A stretch of DNA of 64,000 nt from a virus, in the IMG/VR virus record IMGVR_UViG_3300020185_000011, one strand, 5' to 3'. Under the pieces are notes generated by a model, which saw only the letters and a program-made list of their open reading frames with translations, searched no databases and was not told where the DNA came from. The translations under genes were made by a program, and so were the position numbers. Shown piece by piece: positions 38,187 through 48,355 of this stretch. How positions within the stretch are numbered: the stretch's first letter is position 1; each line of letters opens with the position of its first letter.

Positions 38187-39410
38187 ATGAGAATAATTGG
38201 AATTAATTCCAGCCATGATACCAGTTTATGTATCATGGAAGATGGAGAGGTAGTAGAACTCTTCGAAGAAGAAAGAGAAAGACGTGAAAAGTATTATTCA
38301 CCGACTTTAGATGCACCTCACTTACATGTAATCGACTCTAAAGGTCTTGCAGATTCATTGGTGGATGAGGAAGGTAACGTACAGGGTGAGTTAGTCTTCG
38401 CATCTTTCGATAGACGTGACATGAAACTCGAAATGGATAAAGATTATCTCATGGATAATCGTCTCATTGCAATAGAGTTTGCAGATGCACTTGCAAAGGA
38501 ACAATTAACCGAAGCAAGAATCCAAGAATTAATTAAAGCCTATCCCAAAGTGGGACTTAAAGAAGACTGGCACGAAGAAATGGATGAAACCATTCATGAT
38601 GAGATGTGTAAACAGTTCTTTGACGTAGACCAGTATCACTTTGACACAGAACATCACATGTATCATGCATACAGTGGTTATTATCTCAGTCCTTTCTTTG
38701 AAAAGGGTGAGAATGCAATAGCAATTGCATGGGACGGTGGTGGTGCTAAGTGCTATCATGAGACACATCCGAACTATCAAGAGATTGAATCCATTTGGAA
38801 GTGTGACTTTGACACTAAGACTATTGTTCCCCAGTGGAAGAAGATGTCTAATCACCGTATGTTAGGTGACCTTGCATCTCAATACTTTCCTAACATGTAC
38901 TATGACTCAGCTCATTGTCTGACAGACTTGGAGACAGAGATAGATGGACTACCTCTCACGTTCACTAGCTTCCCTTCTAGCGGTATGAACTTCAGTAACA
39001 TGAGTTATGCCTTCGGTGCAGACATTCATGGACGTGCAGCGGGTAAGGTCATGGGTATGGCATCATACGGAAGACTGTACGAAGACAGACCCGATAGATT
39101 TGATAGACATATCGTTGCACAGATGTGTGAAGAGGAATCATTTAATAATGCATGTAGTGTTATCAGACGTGCAATAGAATTAAATCCCGACTGTAAGAAC
39201 TTAGTTCTCAGTGGTGGCTTCTCATTAAACTGTACAAACAATTACAGATACCTACAAGAGTTTCCCGAATTAAATATATTCGTTGACCCTGTACCCCACG
39301 ATGGTGGTACTGCAGTTGGAGCTGCATTTTGGTTGCATTATCATTTAGAAAACGAATACTTCGAACCAGTAACAGAAGAAGTAACAACAGAGGAAACAGA
39401 CAGTGAGTAG
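38187..39410 (+). CDS. carbamoyltransferase N-terminal (Kae1-like) subunit, NodU/CmcH family
   Basis: GINSSHD, EHHMYHA, WDGGG, GKVMGMASYG, SGGFSLNC, PHDGGTAVG. Confidence 0.88.
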   Translation: MRIIGINSSHDTSLCIMEDGEVVELFEEERERREKYYSPTLDAPHLHVIDSKGLADSLVDEEGNVQGELVFASFDRRDMKLEMDKDYLMDNRLIAIEFADALAKEQLTEARIQELIKAYPKVGLKEDWHEEMDETIHDEMCKQFFDVDQYHFDTEHHMYHAYSGYYLSPFFEKGENAIAIAWDGGGAKCYHETHPNYQEIESIWKCDFDTKTIVPQWKKMSNHRMLGDLASQYFPNMYYDSAHCLTDLETEIDGLPLTFTSFPSSGMNFSNMSYAFGADIHGRAAGKVMGMASYGRLYEDRPDRFDRHIVAQMCEEESFNNACSVIRRAIELNPDCKNLVLSGGFSLNCTNNYRYLQEFPELNIFVDPVPHDGGTAVGAAFWLHYHLENEYFEPVTEEVTTEETDSE

Positions 39411-40047
39411 AATATTAGAAATCATTAGAGACCAAGACGAAGCAGTCAGATTATTGGTTGAAGAAAAACAAGTTGTTGCAATGTTCCAAGGTAGTTCTGA
39501 ATGGGGCCCACGTGCATTAGGTAACCGTAGTATTTTATTTGACCCTACTAATCCCGATGCAAAACAAATTGTTAATACAATTAAGAAGAGAGAATATTAT
39601 AGACCGTTTGCTGGTACTGTATTAAAAGAACATGCACATGAATATTTTGAGATGTTGCAGTTAGAAGAGTCACCTTATATGTCATTTGCAATTCAATGTA
39701 AGAAGAAAGCATACGAAGAGATTCCTGCTATCGTTCATGCAGATGGTACATGTAGAATCCAAACGGTTACTCAAGAGCAGAATAAAAATTATTACAATTT
39801 AATTAAAGCCTTGGGTGAAAAGAATGGCACCCCCATTGTATTTAATACATCATTTAATTTAGGTGGAGAATCTTTAGTAGAAACAATCTTTGATGCAATC
39901 GATACGTGTAACCGTTCCGACATTGGATTCCTTTACGTACCCGAAGACCAGCCAGATGGTATTCCATACGAATTGATTCGACCTAAGAAATCAAAAGATT
40001 TAAAAAATGACACAGAACAGGATGGTGTGTGGGAGTCAGAAGTATAA
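39403..40047 (+). CDS. carbamoyltransferase C-terminal (YrdC-like) subunit
   Basis: EWGPRALGNRS, KREYYRPFA, VHADGTCRIQT, NTSFN. Confidence 0.9.
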   Translation: MSRILEIIRDQDEAVRLLVEEKQVVAMFQGSSEWGPRALGNRSILFDPTNPDAKQIVNTIKKREYYRPFAGTVLKEHAHEYFEMLQLEESPYMSFAIQCKKKAYEEIPAIVHADGTCRIQTVTQEQNKNYYNLIKALGEKNGTPIVFNTSFNLGGESLVETIFDAIDTCNRSDIGFLYVPEDQPDGIPYELIRPKKSKDLKNDTEQDGVWESEV

Positions 40048-40056
40048 ATACTTCTT

Positions 40057-40383
40057 ATGATAGAAGTCACAGACATTGCAATTGCAAAGCTTATAGAGAA
40101 GAAAGTGGACTCAGTTAGAATGGGTGTTACTGGTGGTGGTTGCAGTGGCTATGAATATGTTTTTATCAGAGACGAATATAAAGACGGTGACCTAGAAATA
40201 GATTACGGTAAGTTTAAATTTTTAATAGATACAATGAGTCAACCCTTTCTAAAAGGAATGACATTGGATTATGAGAAACAAGGATTGAATGAAACATTTA
40301 CGTTTCAGAATCCAAATGAAATAGCATCGTGTGGATGTGGAGTGAGTATTACATTTAATGAAGACATCGTCAGCAAAAGCTAA
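40057..40383 (+). CDS. iscA: A-type Fe-S cluster carrier (IscA/HesB)
   Basis: GGGCSGYEY, FQNPN..SCGCG. Confidence 0.88.
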   Translation: MIEVTDIAIAKLIEKKVDSVRMGVTGGGCSGYEYVFIRDEYKDGDLEIDYGKFKFLIDTMSQPFLKGMTLDYEKQGLNETFTFQNPNEIASCGCGVSITFNEDIVSKS

Positions 40384-40711
40384 AGGTCGTAAACTACAAC
40401 AATGGTTTGCTCAACTTATGGTGGACACTCTTAACCTTCACGAAGAAGACTTAGAGTCTAGACCCATGGGTTCACAAGGGGAAGATATTATAATGGGACG
40501 TGAGTCCCGAGAGAAGTTCCCCTATTCCATTGAATGTAAAAACCAAGAAACAGTCAACGTATGGAAAGCATACGAGCAAGCTTCAGAGAATTGTAAAGGG
40601 TATGAACCACTTGTGGTCATAAAAAGAAACAGACATAAACCCTTAGTGTTAGTAGATGCTGAACACTTTGTGGAATTGCATAGGAATGGCAACAAAGATG
40701 AAATCATTTAA
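40358..40711 (+). CDS. PD-(D/E)xK nuclease, Holliday-junction-resolvase-like
   Basis: SAKAKGR, GEDI, SIECKNQE. Confidence 0.7.
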   Translation: MKTSSAKAKGRKLQQWFAQLMVDTLNLHEEDLESRPMGSQGEDIIMGRESREKFPYSIECKNQETVNVWKAYEQASENCKGYEPLVVIKRNRHKPLVLVDAEHFVELHRNGNKDEII

Positions 40712-42080
40712 TGAGCTGATAGTCGAAGAAGACATCAAGAAGTCCGACCCCTATCGCCTTGTCGTTCTTGCAGAACGTCCCAAGAAACAATCAAAGAAAT
40801 CTACCAGTGGTAAGATAGTTGGGGTTGCAGAGAAGATGGGTATGGATGTTTACAACGTGCGTATCAATGGTGCATACTTAGAACGTGATGAGGATAGTGG
40901 TAAGATTACTATTCACAATGCAGACGATGAGAAAGGATTCGAGATTGATGCAGACACATTAGTTATGATTCGTGGTGCAGTAAACACTAAAGATTCCTAC
41001 CTTGATTTAATCTCTCAGATTGAACGCTACGGCATTGCAACGTGTAACCCTAGGGAATGTATCGAAGTTTGTTCAGACAAGTTTAGAACGTATCTGAGAC
41101 TGCAAGAGATAGGTCTAAACCAACCACGTACCGTATTGATTCCAAACGATGAACCCGAGACTGTAGATAGAGCTCACGAAGCATTAGATAATAACTTCCC
41201 GATGATACTTAAAACATTACAGGGTTCTAAAGGTGTGGGTGTTCTATTAATCGAAACAGAACGTTCATTACAATCACAGGTCAGCTTGATTTATAAGATT
41301 GACCCCTACTGTGATATTCTATTACAAGAGTATATCGAATCAGATTACGATGTACGTGTTGTCATTGTCAACAGAGAAATCGTTGGTGCAATGAGACGAA
41401 ACAAAATTACAGATGATTTCAGAAGTAATGTATCCCAAGGTGCAGATGCACAATCAGTTACATTGACAGAACTGGAAAAGGATGTTTGTCTAAGAGCTAG
41501 CAAAGCCGTCAACGGACAATGGTGTGGTGTCGACTTTATTCCTAGCAAAAACAGAAAGACTGAACCACCATTCTTATTAGAAGTAAATCATTCGCCAGGC
41601 ACTGAAGGAATCTCTAGTGTTATCGGTGAGGACATTGTTAAGATGGTTCTTAAGATTTATAAAGACCGAGACATATGGAAGAAGTCACCAACAGAGTGTG
41701 GTGTATTAGAAACCATTGAAGTCGAAGGTCAAGAGATGACAGTGAAGTTAGATACAGGTAATTCAGTTTCAGCTTGTTCACTTCATGCAGAAGATTTAAA
41801 GGTTAACGGTAAGATAGTTACATGGACAACGGAAGGTGTTAAGTATAAGAAACCACTAAAGAGAATGGTTACTTTATTAAAACCAGCTGAAGACAGACCA
41901 GTCGTAGAACTTGAGTTAAACTTTCTAAACACTATATATGAGCAAGAAGTTAGTTTAGATACTAGAGGTGCAATACCGTTTCTTGCGAACCGTGACCTTA
42001 TGCAACGTGCAAACTTAATGATAAATCCAGCACGTAAGTTCATGATTACAAACAAACGTGATGAAAGGGATGATAGTTAA
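40698..42080 (+). CDS. RimK-family ATP-grasp ligase fused to retropepsin-like protease domain
   Basis: DKFRT, GSKGVGV, LQEYI, DFRSN, LEVNHSPG; C-terminal KLDTGN..RPVV..FLANR. Confidence 0.85.
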   Translation: MKSFNELIVEEDIKKSDPYRLVVLAERPKKQSKKSTSGKIVGVAEKMGMDVYNVRINGAYLERDEDSGKITIHNADDEKGFEIDADTLVMIRGAVNTKDSYLDLISQIERYGIATCNPRECIEVCSDKFRTYLRLQEIGLNQPRTVLIPNDEPETVDRAHEALDNNFPMILKTLQGSKGVGVLLIETERSLQSQVSLIYKIDPYCDILLQEYIESDYDVRVVIVNREIVGAMRRNKITDDFRSNVSQGADAQSVTLTELEKDVCLRASKAVNGQWCGVDFIPSKNRKTEPPFLLEVNHSPGTEGISSVIGEDIVKMVLKIYKDRDIWKKSPTECGVLETIEVEGQEMTVKLDTGNSVSACSLHAEDLKVNGKIVTWTTEGVKYKKPLKRMVTLLKPAEDRPVVELELNFLNTIYEQEVSLDTRGAIPFLANRDLMQRANLMINPARKFMITNKRDERDDS

Positions 42081-42093
42081 TTTATAAACAGAC

Positions 42094-42123
42094 TTGACAA
42101 TGCACTAAGCTTTATTATATACT
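42094..42123 (+). promoter_or_regulatory. early promoter
   Basis: TTGACA-18bp-TATACT. Confidence 0.75.
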
Positions 42124-42129
42124 GCTGAC

Positions 42130-42843
42130 ATGATTATGAAAACTGAACCCAAAAAAATTAATATCCAAGACCGAATGCGCGAGAAAGCAATCGATGCCTA
42201 TGATGAAGTTGAGTTCCAAATCGATTCCTTTGTGGACGATAAGAAGAGCTCCTTCTCAATGTACAAATATCTTAAGCAACTAGATTATAGTTCTAAAGTA
42301 ATTACCTTCATGAAAGGTAAAACACTTCAAGCACAATTAGAAGTTAAGAACGAAGAAGGTTGTGAACAGTTAGAAGAAGCTTTCAATTTCCTTACCAAGA
42401 AACAAAAGAAAGACTACATCAAATTCTTAGAGAGTATCGAATCCGATATCGATAAGTATTGTGACGAGTACAAACCAGTACGTAGAATTAAACCTATGAC
42501 CCCTAAGAGGATGGTAAGGAAGCTTCCGTTCTTAGAGGAGTGGGAAGGTTACAAGTCTATAGACAAGGAAGAGATACCAAGAGCATTAGACTTGTTCACA
42601 TACAATACTGCATCTAAGAAGTTTACACATTTCAGTGGCCACCTTGCAGTTAAAGGTTCTAGAATTACAGGTTATGACTTATGTAAAGAAAAGACCTTGA
42701 CAGATTACAAGTTGCTTGATAGACTGGTAACAGGTGGTAATATTATTGCTCGTGGATTTATGGATGAGATTCCTAGGTCGAAGTTGAAAAACGGAAACGA
42801 CTTGATTACCAAAAATACATTATTATTAAAAGTGATTAAATGA
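42130..42843 (+). CDS. conserved hypothetical T4-like protein
   Basis: 237 aa upstream of RNase H. Confidence 0.7.
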   Translation: MIMKTEPKKINIQDRMREKAIDAYDEVEFQIDSFVDDKKSSFSMYKYLKQLDYSSKVITFMKGKTLQAQLEVKNEEGCEQLEEAFNFLTKKQKKDYIKFLESIESDIDKYCDEYKPVRRIKPMTPKRMVRKLPFLEEWEGYKSIDKEEIPRALDLFTYNTASKKFTHFSGHLAVKGSRITGYDLCKEKTLTDYKLLDRLVTGGNIIARGFMDEIPRSKLKNGNDLITKNTLLLKVIK

Positions 42844-43676
42844 TACTTATAGACTTTACTCAGACCATCATTGCTGGTCTAATGGCACAATTAAAAATGA
42901 ATGGTGGAGAAATGAGTGAGGACATGTTGAGACACATGATTCTAAACTCAGTCAGAAACTATCAAAAGAAATACTCAGGCGACTATGGTGAGATAACTCT
43001 TTGCACGGATGCAGCCAATCCGTGGAGACGTGACTTCTATCCACAGTACAAAGCAAATCGTAAAAAGTCTAGAGAGGCTGACGATAAAGATTGGGGTATG
43101 ATATTCGATACCCTTCACAAAGTTAAGATGGAAATCAAAGAGAACTTTCCATACCGTTACATGTATGTTGAGAAGTGTGAAGCTGATGACATCATTGCAG
43201 TGTTGACTAAACATGCAAAGGAAGATGTACTCATTGTCAGTGGAGATAAAGACTTTCAGCAATTGCATAAATACCCATATGTAACTCAATGGAGTCCCAA
43301 TCTCAATAAGATGATTGATTGTCAAGACCCCGATTTATTTTTGAGAGAACATATTCTTACTGGTGATAAGTCAGATGGAGTTCCAAACATTCTATCTAAT
43401 GATGATTGTTTAGACCTAGGTATTAGACAGACACCCTTAAGGAAACCTATCAAAGATAAGTACTTAAGAATTACAATTGAGAGTGACGATAAATACTATC
43501 GTAACTATTTAAGAAACCAAACTTTAATTGACTTAGAGTTTATACCAGCTGAGATAGAACAGAATATCTTAGAAGAGTTTGATGAGACTGAACCTGTAAG
43601 GGGTAAAGTATTCGACTATCTAAGAACTCATAGACTAGACCAGTTGTTAAATCATGTAGAGGATTTTACATTATGA
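42840..43676 (+). CDS. rnh: T4-type RNase H / 5'-3' exonuclease
   Basis: WRRDFYPQYKANR, EADDII, SGDKDF, GDKSDGVPN. Confidence 0.93.
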   Translation: MILIDFTQTIIAGLMAQLKMNGGEMSEDMLRHMILNSVRNYQKKYSGDYGEITLCTDAANPWRRDFYPQYKANRKKSREADDKDWGMIFDTLHKVKMEIKENFPYRYMYVEKCEADDIIAVLTKHAKEDVLIVSGDKDFQQLHKYPYVTQWSPNLNKMIDCQDPDLFLREHILTGDKSDGVPNILSNDDCLDLGIRQTPLRKPIKDKYLRITIESDDKYYRNYLRNQTLIDLEFIPAEIEQNILEEFDETEPVRGKVFDYLRTHRLDQLLNHVEDFTL

Positions 43677-44188
43677 CCGAGAAAAAAAGAGGAAGAGGGC
43701 GACCTAAAGGAGCTCCCAATAAACCTAAAATGAAGTTGATTACCGAAAGAGCAACACTTCAGAAAAATGCAGATGTATATGAAATATTATGTCAAGCAAA
43801 TATTGTTGCTGAGAGTAATCCAGAGCAAGCAGTTAACGGATTGAAAGTATTCAATGAAACTAATGGTGGAGTTAAGAAAGTATTGCAGTGGCAATTCGAT
43901 GAGAATATTTCATCCGTCTTACCCGAAGGTAAAACACCTTACAGAGAGAACTCAGCACCTAGCTCTGATTTAACAGAAACATCACTTAGATTTGAACATA
44001 GGTTGTTCCAGTATTTTGTTACGGAACAAATCTCTGCAACTAAGAGAGAAGCAATGTGGATTGGTCTTCTAGAAGGTATTCCTAAAGAGGAAGCTGAACT
44101 ACTTGACCTAGTCAAAGATGGTGTTTGGGCATTCCCTAACATCACTTCAAAAATCGTGAAAGATGCCTTTCCCGAGATTAATTGTTAA
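43673..44188 (+). CDS. conserved hypothetical (DUF6433-like) with N-terminal AT-hook-like motif
   Basis: KRGRGRPKG; LPEGKTPY; KREAMWIGLLE. Confidence 0.65.
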   Translation: MTEKKRGRGRPKGAPNKPKMKLITERATLQKNADVYEILCQANIVAESNPEQAVNGLKVFNETNGGVKKVLQWQFDENISSVLPEGKTPYRENSAPSSDLTETSLRFEHRLFQYFVTEQISATKREAMWIGLLEGIPKEEAELLDLVKDGVWAFPNITSKIVKDAFPEINC

Positions 44189-44300
44189 CTAAATATAAGA
44201 GTAGACCGAGACTATACATATTATAAGGGAAGTTAGATACAATTTAACTTCAGTAAACAACTTTCTAGTCTAGTTCTGCTCCATGGAGAATAAATAAATT

Positions 44301-45824
44301 ATGGCAACAAATGAACCCCAAACTGTCTCACAGTTTGCACAAGAAAAACCCGAACCAACAGAGTTAGAAAGAATCCAACAAAGGATTGCTGACTACAAAG
44401 TAGGGTTTACCGTTAATAGTGCTAGTGTTATCAATGCACTAATCCAATCGCATTTGCAAAGTGGAAAGGTCACCCAAGGTGAACTCGTACCATTGCATAC
44501 TGTGACTGAAGAGTACGCTGCTGGATTAGCAGAGTACAATCAGATTGTCGAGAATGCACAACGTAGGTCTCAAGAACTTATCGCTGCAGACCAACTTGCA
44601 AAAGCAGAGGCATTCGAAAAATCACAACAAGAACAACAGCAAAGACTTGCAGACGAAAGAGTTGCAAGGAAAGAAGCAAACAATAAGATTGCACAACTTG
44701 AAGCTGTTCTTGCATCACATGGAATTGGTGTTGACTTAAACGGTGATGGAGTTATCGGTGTTAAACAAGGTACATTAAACAAAGATGGTTTTGTTGAAAT
44801 GTCTGCTGAGGAAGTAGCAGTACTTGCCAAGAAACATGGATACGAAATTCCACAACCACCCGCTGTACAACAAACCCCTTTAGCAAAACCTAGTAAGGCA
44901 ACAGGTAACATGGGTCTTGCACGTGCAATGAATCCTGCTACAGAAGATACAGTTGTTGTTGGAACAGACGTAGAAGTAAATGAAACATCATTCGTTGACC
45001 CGACAGAAGTCGAACCTTTCGTTCCTTTAAATACACCACAGTCTGATACAAGATATCAACCAAGTGGGAATACAACCGAGTCTTTCTTTGATGAAGTTGC
45101 AAGAGTAGAAGAAGTTGCTCAGGCAGATGAATTCGTAGAAGAGATTACAGATGAGTCCTATCAATCAATCGATAATGCAACACCCGAAGAGTGGGATGAA
45201 GCAATCTCAACCGATGAAGCTTTCAATGAGAAGGTAGCGGAAACTAAACAAGCATTCGATGAGTACGAAGAAGACCAAGGGTTTGAAGTATCAGACGAAG
45301 TAGAACCATTAGGTTCAGAGTTCTCAGTACAGGAAGAAGATACAAGAACTGAATCTGAATTTGCAAAACCAGTAATCACTGGTGGTAACTTTAAACCAAG
45401 AGCAGAAACTCTACAGACTGGTGACTCAGTAAAAGCACCAGCTGAAAAAGCAATCCCTTCATATGATAGTGAAGAGGAATTACTTGCAGCTGCACAAGCA
45501 AAGATTGACCAAAAGGTTCAAGATGATATCGATGAAAAACAATTCAACGAATCATTCGAAGAAGAGCCATACGATGAGATTACAATCCCATCAAGTGCAG
45601 AACTTGAAGCAATGACTAAGAAAGGTATTGTTACAGCTGCAGATGAGTTGAACTTTACACTTGATAAGTCTCAAACTAAAGCACAAATGATTGAGTCCTT
45701 CCAAGACCAAACAGATGAATTAATACAATCACTACAGGATGATGGGTCATTCGTATCAGCAGTCGACAGTGATGAAGGAAGTGATAATGACAATGATACT
45801 GTGCGAGACGGTGGATACTTCTAA
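44301..45824 (+). CDS. large acidic late protein
   Basis: coiled coil, DLNGDG motif, Glu/Asp-rich, C-terminal helix-extended-helix-like segment. Confidence 0.7.
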   Translation: MATNEPQTVSQFAQEKPEPTELERIQQRIADYKVGFTVNSASVINALIQSHLQSGKVTQGELVPLHTVTEEYAAGLAEYNQIVENAQRRSQELIAADQLAKAEAFEKSQQEQQQRLADERVARKEANNKIAQLEAVLASHGIGVDLNGDGVIGVKQGTLNKDGFVEMSAEEVAVLAKKHGYEIPQPPAVQQTPLAKPSKATGNMGLARAMNPATEDTVVVGTDVEVNETSFVDPTEVEPFVPLNTPQSDTRYQPSGNTTESFFDEVARVEEVAQADEFVEEITDESYQSIDNATPEEWDEAISTDEAFNEKVAETKQAFDEYEEDQGFEVSDEVEPLGSEFSVQEEDTRTESEFAKPVITGGNFKPRAETLQTGDSVKAPAEKAIPSYDSEEELLAAAQAKIDQKVQDDIDEKQFNESFEEEPYDEITIPSSAELEAMTKKGIVTAADELNFTLDKSQTKAQMIESFQDQTDELIQSLQDDGSFVSAVDSDEGSDNDNDTVRDGGYF

Positions 45825-46239
45825 GGAATCAGAAGTACTACCCCTTGAATTAGACAAAGTAAGTCACAGATACGTAGAACGTTTTCAAGATATTGAAGAT
45901 GACGTTCTACGTTTAAACTTCCCCCTTGAATATACAATCCGTTTAGGAATCCAATACGACACCCCCTATGTAAATCTTTACCTTGATGGTAATGAGTTAA
46001 TTTTCTCAGCACACGACAGAGACCAAGATGGATTACACATTAGACCGTATCTATACAACAGACATGGTGACCCAAAGAGCTGTAAGATTTCAAAAGAGAA
46101 GTCAGCACAGTTTTTTATCATACCCAAGTATTTTACTGAAGGAGTAATTGACGTTGGCGACACAATCGAGTTTTCTTACCAAGAACAGGTTTTGGATGGA
46201 GAAGAAAGACATATTAGGTGTAGACGTGTCGAAACGTAA
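45793..46239 (+). CDS. hypothetical protein
   Basis: ORF overlapping both neighbours; start uncertain. Confidence 0.6.
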   Translation: MILCETVDTSKESEVLPLELDKVSHRYVERFQDIEDDVLRLNFPLEYTIRLGIQYDTPYVNLYLDGNELIFSAHDRDQDGLHIRPYLYNRHGDPKSCKISKEKSAQFFIIPKYFTEGVIDVGDTIEFSYQEQVLDGEERHIRCRRVET

Positions 46240-47158
46240 CATCCCAATAATGGCTGTTGACCAGTACGATTTTTTAGAACACCGTAGAGAACAGGAAAAG
46301 AAACATTGGGGTCGACAAGACCAAGACCAATTAAACGAACTCAGTTCTATTCTTACAGTCGAAGTTAACACCACAGAGTTATGCAATAGGACATGTTCAT
46401 TTTGTCCACGTGCAAATCCCGAAGTGTTTCCAAATAGAAATTTACATATGACACCCAAGGCTGCAAAGACCATTGGAGATGAATTACATAAGAATGGATT
46501 TAAAGGTAAGATATCCTTAAGTGGATACGGAGAGAATTTACTTAACCCAAGGTTCAGAGAAATCGTTCACACCTTTAGGACAGCAGTTCCTTATGCAACA
46601 CTAGAGTGTAACACTAACGGAGATAAACTCACTAGAGAATATGCAGAAGAGTTATTTGAGTTCAGTGGATTAGATTTACTCTACATCAATCTCTATGACG
46701 GAGTCGAACAGATAGAACACTTTGATGAGATAATGAAAACCATCCCCGAAGAGAAATACAAATACAGAATGCACTGGGGTGATTTCGAAACACATGGATT
46801 GATATTAAACAATCGTAGTGGAGTTATGGACTGGGTAGGAATTGAGGAGAGTACAATTGAAGCGCTACAAGGTAAACCGTGTCATTATCCTTTTTATAAA
46901 ATGTTTGTTGATTGGAATGGTGATGTTTTATTCTGTTCCAACGATTGGGGTAGAGAGCATGTTGTAGGCAACTTGTTATCAGAAACCCTACATAATGTAT
47001 GGTTCTCTAAACCTATGAATAAAATTAGAAAGAAATTAATGAAGGGTGACAGAAGTATGTCCCCATGTAACAAGTGCAGTGTCGATGGTAGCTTGTTCGG
47101 TAAGCAATCTTTCGACATAGTGAGTGAATATTATGAGAGTAGTAATAACAGGAAGTAG
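46196..47158 (+). CDS. radical SAM / SPASM-domain protein
   Basis: CNRTCSFC, SGYGE, NTNG, CHYPF..CSND..CNKC; start may be GTG 46226. Confidence 0.88.
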   Translation: MEKKDILGVDVSKRNIPIMAVDQYDFLEHRREQEKKHWGRQDQDQLNELSSILTVEVNTTELCNRTCSFCPRANPEVFPNRNLHMTPKAAKTIGDELHKNGFKGKISLSGYGENLLNPRFREIVHTFRTAVPYATLECNTNGDKLTREYAEELFEFSGLDLLYINLYDGVEQIEHFDEIMKTIPEEKYKYRMHWGDFETHGLILNNRSGVMDWVGIEESTIEALQGKPCHYPFYKMFVDWNGDVLFCSNDWGREHVVGNLLSETLHNVWFSKPMNKIRKKLMKGDRSMSPCNKCSVDGSLFGKQSFDIVSEYYESSNNRK

Positions 47159-47720
47159 TGGTCTTGCAGCTGTAATTAAAAGAACATTAGAAGCAACACC
47201 GTATAGAGGAAACACCATCGAAGTCACACCAGTCAGATGTGATGATATCACAATGAATGGAGTAAACTTTTGGGGATTCAGAGGTCATAAACCTATGGAT
47301 GTTTTAATCAATCTTGCACACCAAGACCAAGCTAAGATTCTAGATATTGCTCATGAGGCATGGGAGTTAGAGAAGACTAAGACTATTATTAATATCTCTA
47401 GCCGTGCAGCTCAACCAAACATATCTAAAGGTTACATGTACGCATCAGAGAAAGCACAACTCAATCACCTTGCAAACAATTATCAGTACAACTCTAAGAA
47501 GAGATACAAAATGACTAATCTAAACCTAGGACTTCTCAACGATGAGAACCTACCTAGTGTTAAACACCAAGATGTTGCTGGGTTTATTTACAAGCTAATT
47601 ACGTCCTATCCCGACTATGAGATTGCAGACGTGACATTACAAGCACATGCAAACTACCAAGATGTGCAGAGTGACAAGGAAACTTTAAAGGATGTTTACT
47701 ATCATTTACACACTGATTAG
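47133..47720 (+). CDS. SDR-like Rossmann-fold protein
   Basis: ITGSSGLA, NISS, YASEK (YxxxK). Confidence 0.75.
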   Translation: MRVVITGSSGLAAVIKRTLEATPYRGNTIEVTPVRCDDITMNGVNFWGFRGHKPMDVLINLAHQDQAKILDIAHEAWELEKTKTIINISSRAAQPNISKGYMYASEKAQLNHLANNYQYNSKKRYKMTNLNLGLLNDENLPSVKHQDVAGFIYKLITSYPDYEIADVTLQAHANYQDVQSDKETLKDVYYHLHTD

Positions 47721-47734
47721 TTATAAATAATACT

Positions 47735-47980
47735 ATGACAGAATACAACGACTTCGGATTTACAGCGATGGATGCAGATGAACTTGCAGCCATTGATACA
47801 AAGATTATCGAGAAGACTACAACTGCAACGGATGTAATCAACAAACTTGATAATTTTGTGAGACCCCTACTTGAGAATCTTGCAAAGGATTCAGACAAGG
47901 ACTATATCTATTGGCCCAATAGAGTAGACATCATAAACAAGAAACTTAAAGAACTGGACGAAATACAAAAGAGTCTATAA
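47735..47980 (+). CDS. conserved hypothetical late protein
   Basis: DFGFTA..KDYIYWPNR; TATAAATA 5 nt upstream. Confidence 0.7.
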   Translation: MTEYNDFGFTAMDADELAAIDTKIIEKTTTATDVINKLDNFVRPLLENLAKDSDKDYIYWPNRVDIINKKLKELDEIQKSL

Positions 47981-47986
47981 AAGGCC

Positions 47987-48016
47987 TAGACAGCACCCCC
48001 CGCTTTTTGATATACT
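47987..48016 (+). promoter_or_regulatory. early promoter
   Basis: TAGACA-18bp (GCTTTTTGA)-TATACT. Confidence 0.7.
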
Positions 48017-48052
48017 GTACTCCAATAAAGAAATAACTTAAGGAGTTACAAC

Positions 48053-48340
48053 ATGAGAAAGCATCGTGATAGTATATACACGTCCCCCGAATCCCAAATG
48101 GCCATTGTTAAGATGGGTCGAGAAATCATAACCATGTGTGAAGTAGGAGAACTACATGCAGGCAATGATGAAGAGTCATTAAAACTATGGAATGCAGCGG
48201 TCACTGCAGGCAACAAAATGACCACTGTAGGATTGACCTATTCTAGGTTTAATTCAGTGGACGACCTAACCCCCCTTGAAAAGAAAGCAGTACTTACATA
48301 CGTCAAAGAACGTGCTACCGAGGCCTTGACAGCAGGCTAA
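48053..48340 (+). CDS. hypothetical early protein
   Basis: AAGGAG RBS. Confidence 0.7.
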   Translation: MRKHRDSIYTSPESQMAIVKMGREIITMCEVGELHAGNDEESLKLWNAAVTAGNKMTTVGLTYSRFNSVDDLTPLEKKAVLTYVKERATEALTAG

Positions 48341-48355
48341 GCTTTTTGGTATACT
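48326..48355 (+). promoter_or_regulatory. early promoter
   Basis: GCCTTGACA-18bp (GCTTTTTGG)-TATACT. Confidence 0.75.
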
